This document shows, piece by piece, positions 58,245 through 64,000 of a stretch of 64,000 nt of DNA. Numbering within the stretch: the first letter of the stretch is position 1; every line of letters begins with the position of its first letter. A program made the position numbers and the translations under genes. The stretch comes from Legionellales bacterium. Lineage in GTDB: Bacteria > Pseudomonadota > Gammaproteobacteria > UBA1113. Location: assembly GCA_002709565.1 (NCBI GenBank), contig PAPY01000031.1, positions 71 to 64,070 on the forward strand, in the 5' to 3' direction. Under the pieces are notes generated by a model. That model was not told the DNA's origin. It did no database searches and saw only the letters and a list, made by a program, of their open reading frames with translations.

Positions 58245-59699
58245 TTACCCTGTTATGCCTACTTGAGATGACGAAGCGCCCCTGCGTGCCAATTGATAAA
58301 ATACCAACGGCAAGACACAGGCAAAGAAGATCCCGGAGATGAGGAACGTTTCGTAAAATCGCAAACTGCCGATGTTAATATCAGCTGGCGGGGCGAAGCC
58401 TAAGGCGATCGCTGCGAGACAAGTGAGTGTGCCAAGTAAACCTGCTAACCACATGCCCCAGTTGCGGCCAGGGATTTTGTAACTGCGGTGTTGATGAGGT
58501 TCTTTGTAGCGTAGCTTAATGCCGGCGGCGAACATAAAGACATAAACTAACAACGCCAATTGTGCCGTCAATGCCGAGAGTAACCAGTATGAACTATTAA
58601 TTGTCGGCATCAATACGAACACACTGCATAGCAGCGTGAATAACACGGCTTGGAGCATTAATAGATTCACCGGCGCGCCATAACGGTTGGTGCGGGCAAA
58701 GCCTTTTGGTAAACAACCATCATGGGCGGCGGCCAATAGGCCTTTTGTCGGACCAATGACCCAGGTTGAAACCCCACTGATGCCGCCGATGATGATCATG
58801 ATAGCGATAACCGGGATCATCCAGGGCATATGATAAGCGTTAAAAAACAAACTAAAGGCTTCAATGAGGCCTGAGACAAGATTAATTTTGTCGTGGGGAA
58901 TAACCACGGCAATGGCAAGGGATGCTAGCATCAAGGAACCTAAGATGATGATGACCGAATAAATTAACGCCCGGGGGTAGTCTTTTTGTGGGTTTTTGAC
59001 TTCTTCGGCATGTACTGCTGACATTTCAAGGCCAATCAAACCAAATAGCACTGCGACCAAGAAGGCGAGATTATTCAGTGAGCTGAGATCTGGCAAAAAC
59101 GTCCCGGAGCTGAATTCAATGGCGGAAGGGTGGCCGGTCGCCAGCCAAATAATGCCGAGCAAAATAATAAATGCCATTGGCAATAATGTACCGATGATGG
59201 CGCCGATAGTGCTGACCCAACTGGATAAGCGCATGCCAAAACAATTAGCCAGGGTCGCCCCCCAAAAGGTGACTAACACGGTCGCGAGTAAATAGGTTTT
59301 GTGCTCGGCTAAATCAGGAGAAATTAAATAGGCTAACGTCGCGGCTAAGAATGACAAAATCGTTGGATACCACACCACATTATAAATCCACTGCAACCAG
59401 ATAGTGACTAAGCCCCAGCGTTTGCCAAAGGCTTGTCGCACCCAGACATAGAGTCCGCCAGTCTCAGGCCAACCCGTGGCGAGCTCTGCGGCGACTAATG
59501 CAATGGGGATAAGGAATAAAAATGCACCAAATATGTAGAAAAAAACAATGGAAAAGCCATATTCTGCGCTAATGGGTAGGCTACGCAGGCTGTCCACAGC
59601 GATGATATTAATCATTACTAGGCTAAATAAGCTAAGGACGCGCTTTTTGTTTGAATTTCTACCAGTCATCATGGCCGGCATTGGAACACAGCCCCTCAC
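58245..59699 (-). CDS. APC-family amino acid permease (GadC/YjeM-like)
   Basis: AELATGWP..GG.Y.WV, GLE.SA.HA.EV.NP..DYP; 12 TM segments. Exact start uncertain. Confidence 0.88.
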   Translation of the reverse strand: MRGCVPMPAMMTGRNSNKKRVLSLFSLVMINIIAVDSLRSLPISAEYGFSIVFFYIFGAFLFLIPIALVAAELATGWPETGGLYVWVRQAFGKRWGLVTIWLQWIYNVVWYPTILSFLAATLAYLISPDLAEHKTYLLATVLVTFWGATLANCFGMRLSSWVSTIGAIIGTLLPMAFIILLGIIWLATGHPSAIEFSSGTFLPDLSSLNNLAFLVAVLFGLIGLEMSAVHAEEVKNPQKDYPRALIYSVIIILGSLMLASLAIAVVIPHDKINLVSGLIEAFSLFFNAYHMPWMIPVIAIMIIIGGISGVSTWVIGPTKGLLAAAHDGCLPKGFARTNRYGAPVNLLMLQAVLFTLLCSVFVLMPTINSSYWLLSALTAQLALLVYVFMFAAGIKLRYKEPHQHRSYKIPGRNWGMWLAGLLGTLTCLAAIALGFAPPADINIGSLRFYETFLISGIFFACVLPLVFYQLARRGASSSQVGITG

Positions 59700-59769
59700 A
59701 GAGTGTCAATAGTGCCGGCATCACACTATACTATAGAGATTCCCTATTAAGGCTAACCAAGGAGACAGC

Positions 59770-61404
59770 ATGAAAGGTTCTGAATTATTCGTCAAATGCC
59801 TCGAGAATGAAGGGGTTGAGACCATTTACGGTATTCCCGGTGAAGAAAATATCGATGTCATGGATGCACTCCTCGATAGCAAGATTAATTTTATCACTAC
59901 CCGTCATGAACAGGGTGCTGCATTTATGGCGGATGTTCATGGCCGCTTAACCGGTCAAGCCGGTGTGTGTTTAGCGACCCTAGGCCCGGGGGCGACCAAC
60001 TTGGTCACTGGTGTTGCCGATGCGAACTTGGATAGAGCGCCAGTAGTTGCCATTGCTGGCCAGGCAGCAACGACGCGTTTACACAAAGAAAGTCATCAAG
60101 TATTAGATTTGGTTGAGATGTTTAAACCTATCACCAAATACAGCACCCAAATCATTGCACCTAGCATTATTAACGAAGTGGTGCGCAAAGCCTTCAAAGT
60201 TGCCGAGACCGAAAAGCCCGGCGCGTGTTTTATTGATTTCCCCGAAAATATCGCCGAGATGGATATTACCGACAGTGCACCACTCAAAGTCCAAAGTGCA
60301 ACAGCGCCCATGCCCTCACAACACAAAGTCGCACAAGCCGTAGATGTGATTGCCAGTGCACGTTATCCCCTGATTATGGCGGGCAACGGTGTCATTCGCC
60401 AACATGCGTCAGACAATTTGCGCGCGTTTGTCGAAAAAACAAAAATACCTGTCGCAACAACGTTCATGGCTAAAGGCACAGTGCCATTCTCGAATGAATT
60501 GTGTTTAGGAACTGTTGGTTTGCAAGCCAATGACTATGTGTCTTGTGGTTTTGATAGAGCCGATGTGATCATTTGTGTTGGTTTCGACATGATTGAGTAC
60601 CATCCTTACCTATGGCATAAAGACAAAAACAAAAAAATCATCCACATCGACGAATATCCCGCCGAAGTTGATGAACATTATATCCTTGAGGTTGGTGTTA
60701 TCGGTCAAATAGGTGCATCCCTTGATGCTATTGCCGCAGCACTCAATCACAAGACTAAAGCTAGCTCTGAGAATCTGCGCGATGTTATTGTGAAAGAAAT
60801 GGCAGAATATTCTGATGATCAAGGCTTCCCGATCAAACCACAAAAGATAGTTTGGGATCTACGCCAAGCCCTTAAGCCTGATGACATTGTGATTTCTGAT
60901 GTCGGTGCTCACAAAATGTGGATGGCCCGTATGTATCAAGCAGAGCAACCCAATACCTGCATTATCTCTAACGGTTTTGCGTCTATGGGTATTAGTGTGC
61001 CCGGTGCTATTGCCGCCAAACAAGCATTCCCAAATCGTACCGTGGTTGCGGTTACCGGTGATGCCGGATTCTTGATGAATTGTCAGGAAATCGAAACTGC
61101 CATGCGGGTGGGGACGCCAATGATTATTTTGATTTGGAATGATAGCAAATACGGTTTAATCGAATGGAAACAAGAAGCGCACTTTGGTCGCGCCAGCCAT
61201 ATTGATTTTAACAACCCTGATTTTGGCAAATTCGCTGAAGCCTTTGGCGCCAAATGCTATAAACTACAAGCGGCTAATGAGTTAGTGCCAGCAATCAAGC
61301 AGGCTATCAAAGACAATACCGTGGTTATCATCGATTGCCCGGTGGATTATTCTGAGAATATGAAATTAACTGAGAAGCTCGGCAAGTTAATTTGCGTGAA
61401 TTAA
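59770..61404 (+). CDS. ThDP-dependent acetolactate-synthase-like enzyme (2-oxoglutarate decarboxylase-like clade)
   Basis: GIPGEEN, RHEQGAAFMA, TLGPGATN and the GDAG..N ThDP motif. Confidence 0.85.
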   Translation: MKGSELFVKCLENEGVETIYGIPGEENIDVMDALLDSKINFITTRHEQGAAFMADVHGRLTGQAGVCLATLGPGATNLVTGVADANLDRAPVVAIAGQAATTRLHKESHQVLDLVEMFKPITKYSTQIIAPSIINEVVRKAFKVAETEKPGACFIDFPENIAEMDITDSAPLKVQSATAPMPSQHKVAQAVDVIASARYPLIMAGNGVIRQHASDNLRAFVEKTKIPVATTFMAKGTVPFSNELCLGTVGLQANDYVSCGFDRADVIICVGFDMIEYHPYLWHKDKNKKIIHIDEYPAEVDEHYILEVGVIGQIGASLDAIAAALNHKTKASSENLRDVIVKEMAEYSDDQGFPIKPQKIVWDLRQALKPDDIVISDVGAHKMWMARMYQAEQPNTCIISNGFASMGISVPGAIAAKQAFPNRTVVAVTGDAGFLMNCQEIETAMRVGTPMIILIWNDSKYGLIEWKQEAHFGRASHIDFNNPDFGKFAEAFGAKCYKLQAANELVPAIKQAIKDNTVVIIDCPVDYSENMKLTEKLGKLICVN

Positions 61405-61414
61405 AGGACGTTTT

Positions 61415-62860
61415 ATGAGTCAAGAACAATTCCCACTATTGGTTGCGGGGGCAAAAGCTACTGGCGATTCTCTCGATATTACTGCCCCTTTTGATGGACA
61501 TACCATTGCGACGGTTGCGTGTGCCGATGAGGCAACTATCGAACAAGCGCTAGCAACGGCCTATGCCTGTTATCAAAACCGCGATGGCTGGATTCCTATT
61601 CCCGAGCGTATTGCGATACTTGAGCGGGTTGCTGAACTCATGACCGAGCAACAAGAACACCTCGCCACCGAGTCGGCCCGTGAAGGGGGTAAGCCATTGA
61701 TAGACTCTCGGGCTGAAGCGGCCCGTGCCATTGATGGGGTGAAGATCTGTATTGAAACCCTGCGCACTGACAGTGGCCGGGTGATTCCAATGAAATATAA
61801 CGCACCGTCCAGCAATCGCATTGCCTTCACCCAAAAAGAACCTATCGGTGTGGTGGTTGCGGTGAGTGCGTTTAATCATCCGATTAATTTAATCATTCAC
61901 CAAGTGGCTGCTGCAGTTGCGGCAGGTTGTCCAGTTATCGTAAAACCAGCTTCTGATACCCCGTTGTCATGCTTGCGCATTGTAAAACTGTTTCATGAAG
62001 CGGGTTTACCTGTCGCGTGGTGCCAAGCCATGGTCATTAAAGACAATGCACTGGCGGGCAAAATGGTTGCAGACGAGCGTCTAGGTTTTTTCTCTTTCAT
62101 TGGCAGTGCTAAAGTGGGTTGGCAATTACGGTCGACATTAGCACCCGGTGTGCGTTGTGCGCTTGAACACGGTGGTGTTGCACCGGTGATTGTGGCGCCG
62201 GATGCGGATTTGGATGATGCTATCCCGTTATTAACCAAAGGTGGCTTTTATCACGCGGGACAAGTGTGTGTATCTGTACAACGGGTGTATGCTCATGAAA
62301 GCATTGCCAGTGATGTCGCAAGCCGTTTAGCACAAGCCGCGGATAAACTTGTCATCGGTGACCCAACCTCGGACAAAACCGAAGTGGGCCCGCTGATCAG
62401 GCATGGTGAAACCGACAGGGTCGCTGATTGGGTTGATGATGCAGTGGCTAAAGGCGCAGATCTCATCACCGGTGGCAAGAAAATTTCGCCATCACTCTAT
62501 GAATGCACGGTCCTTTATAATCCATCAGAAGACAGTATCATCAATAGCAATGAAGTATTTGGTCCGGTGGTATGCGTGTATTCTTACAAGGAACTCGACG
62601 ATGCTATTGCCGCTGCCAACAGCTTACCCTTTGCATTCCAAGCCGCAGTGTTCACCAAAGATATCGATACGTCTATGCGTGCTTACAACCGTTTAGCGGC
62701 ATCGGCAGTCATGGTCAATGACCACACTGCCTTCCGTGTTGATGGTATGCCCTTTGCTGGCCTCAAGCATTCTGGCCTCGGCGTCGGTGGCATCCCCTAT
62801 ACCATGGATGATATGCAAATCGAGAAGATGATGGTAATCAAGTCTGGGGAAATTCAATAA
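61415..62860 (+). CDS. NAD(P)-dependent aldehyde dehydrogenase
   Basis: AFNHP, KPA, FIGS, LEHGG, GQVC, EVFGPV. Confidence 0.92.
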   Translation: MSQEQFPLLVAGAKATGDSLDITAPFDGHTIATVACADEATIEQALATAYACYQNRDGWIPIPERIAILERVAELMTEQQEHLATESAREGGKPLIDSRAEAARAIDGVKICIETLRTDSGRVIPMKYNAPSSNRIAFTQKEPIGVVVAVSAFNHPINLIIHQVAAAVAAGCPVIVKPASDTPLSCLRIVKLFHEAGLPVAWCQAMVIKDNALAGKMVADERLGFFSFIGSAKVGWQLRSTLAPGVRCALEHGGVAPVIVAPDADLDDAIPLLTKGGFYHAGQVCVSVQRVYAHESIASDVASRLAQAADKLVIGDPTSDKTEVGPLIRHGETDRVADWVDDAVAKGADLITGGKKISPSLYECTVLYNPSEDSIINSNEVFGPVVCVYSYKELDDAIAAANSLPFAFQAAVFTKDIDTSMRAYNRLAASAVMVNDHTAFRVDGMPFAGLKHSGLGVGGIPYTMDDMQIEKMMVIKSGEIQ

Positions 62861-62900
62861 GTTTTGCCATCATATTGGTCTAGGTTTACCTAACCCCAAA

Positions 62901-62929
62901 TTGACATCCGAACACCATAATGCTAACTT
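62901..62929 (+). promoter_or_regulatory. Sigma70 promoter
   Basis: TTGACA-N17-TAACTT with extended TGn. Confidence 0.6.
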
Positions 62930-63087
62930 GCGCGCCACAGGAGTGTCTGCCTGTTGAAGATCACAACAAGGTTGACAAAAATGAACCCAACCCGTCAGGC
63001 CTAATAACCATGCTCATTGAACGACGGTTTGTTCGCTAAACAATATTCTCAGCAATGGCTGGGAAGAACCGAATGACGAGATGTTGA

Positions 63088-64000
63088 GTGACAAAAGAAG
63101 GCAATTCCAGTCCAGTTGAGGTCGTCACCTGGAGTGACGTCAGAGACCGTATGGGGGAAATCCAGCCCCAGTTTGCTCAACTTATTGATGATTACCAACC
63201 GGGCGATAAGCCGTTATTGTTGGCCAGTTATCCGTTTGCCAGTCACCTCATCACCAATGGTGATTTTCATTTACCAGATAACCACGGCAAAATCACCTCG
63301 CTGCGCAAGGGGGATTATGCGCCCCAAATCAACGAATTGCTGGATTATAACTGGAAATCTGTCCCCTTTGGTATTGCTCTTGAAGGGTATGCCGAGAGTT
63401 ACTGGCACTCAGATGTTATTCAACCGACAGCGATGCTTTATCCAGGGGCAACGTTGGCTCTGCGGACCATCTTTGACCAAGATAGCCGTTATAACTTCCA
63501 CCGTGCGTGGAATTTAAGCTCAGGCGCTCGCTTGATGTTTATTCTCTCCAGTATCAAAGACTCCGAAAAATTCAAACGCCTGCAACGCACTTACCAATTT
63601 CGCGAAGATATGCCGGTGGACTATCAAGACCAGTGGAAAGTTTTCAAAAAAATTTATAACTCCCCCCAAGCCAATGTTGATTGGCGTACCAAAGTAGTAT
63701 TTTTTACCAAGTCTTGGATTGAGGATATCTTGGGGGGTAAGAATGAGCGTTTGACGTTGTTCTTATTGAACTCTGTCTGGCGTTTCCATGAATTTGAACG
63801 TAATCGCCGAGTGTTTGATTTTATCATGGATGACTTCAAACGCATTATGTCGCGTAAAGGCGTTAAAATTAATTCTTATTCCTTTGCCTGCTTGAAACAT
63901 TTGATTCGTATTGCCATGGGCGAAGAATTCGGCTTCTCACCGATGGTTTGTAATGAAGTCTCTCCCCATGAATTATTGTTTGATGCCTACACTCACACTT
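63088..64000 (+). CDS. Hypothetical protein, 3'-truncated by the window edge (absent from the ORF track)
   Basis: GTG at 63088 opens a frame with no stop to base 64000: MTKEGNSSPVEVVTWSDVR...YPF...WNLSSGARLMF... Confidence 0.8.
   Translation, partial: MTKEGNSSPVEVVTWSDVRDRMGEIQPQFAQLIDDYQPGDKPLLLASYPFASHLITNGDFHLPDNHGKITSLRKGDYAPQINELLDYNWKSVPFGIALEGYAESYWHSDVIQPTAMLYPGATLALRTIFDQDSRYNFHRAWNLSSGARLMFILSSIKDSEKFKRLQRTYQFREDMPVDYQDQWKVFKKIYNSPQANVDWRTKVVFFTKSWIEDILGGKNERLTLFLLNSVWRFHEFERNRRVFDFIMDDFKRIMSRKGVKINSYSFACLKHLIRIAMGEEFGFSPMVCNEVSPHELLFDAYTHT

Noticed and set aside
62936..63087. c-di-GMP or other known riboswitch
   Set aside because: Hairpins are present but I could not match the conserved core of any family by eye.
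63116..63517. 133-aa ORF in the track
   Set aside because: Out-of-frame overlap with the longer open frame starting at 63088.

Overview
Chromosomal segment of a Legionellales-like gammaproteobacterium, inferred from a Dot/Icm type IVB locus with Coxiella-like icmX-orf-icmW/icmV-dotA order. (1) 1-29 kb is a large surface-glycan locus: two Wzx flippases, GT2/GT4 and a GT-C-like protein, three amidotransferases, two ATP-grasp ligases, a PIG-L deacetylase and an OafA-type acyltransferase. Embedded in it is a sulfate -> APS -> sulfite -> phosphosulfolactate route (cysD/cysNC, sat-cysC, APS reductase cysH, comA, histidine phosphatase), which suggests a sulfonate (sulfolactate-derived) glycan decoration. 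(2) 29-36 kb: hldE/hldD, an orphan effector candidate behind a PmrA-like box, and an Mla/MCE ABC transporter. (3) 38-55 kb: icmX, icmW, icmV, dotA, dotB, dotC, dotD, icmT, icmS, an icmR-like orphan, icmQ, icmP and icmO, interrupted by phaC, a BCCT-like gene and an AbiE toxin-antitoxin module whose toxin is deleted. (4) 55-64 kb: epmA, an AlbA_2 domain protein, an amino-acid permease, a ThDP enzyme plus aldehyde dehydrogenase, and an uncalled ORF running off the end. Three short palindromic MITE-like elements with target-site duplications are present; one sits in-frame inside the signal-peptide codons of a Dot/Icm-locus gene. No rRNA, tRNA or CRISPR array was recognised. All family calls come from motif recognition by eye, not from database searches.
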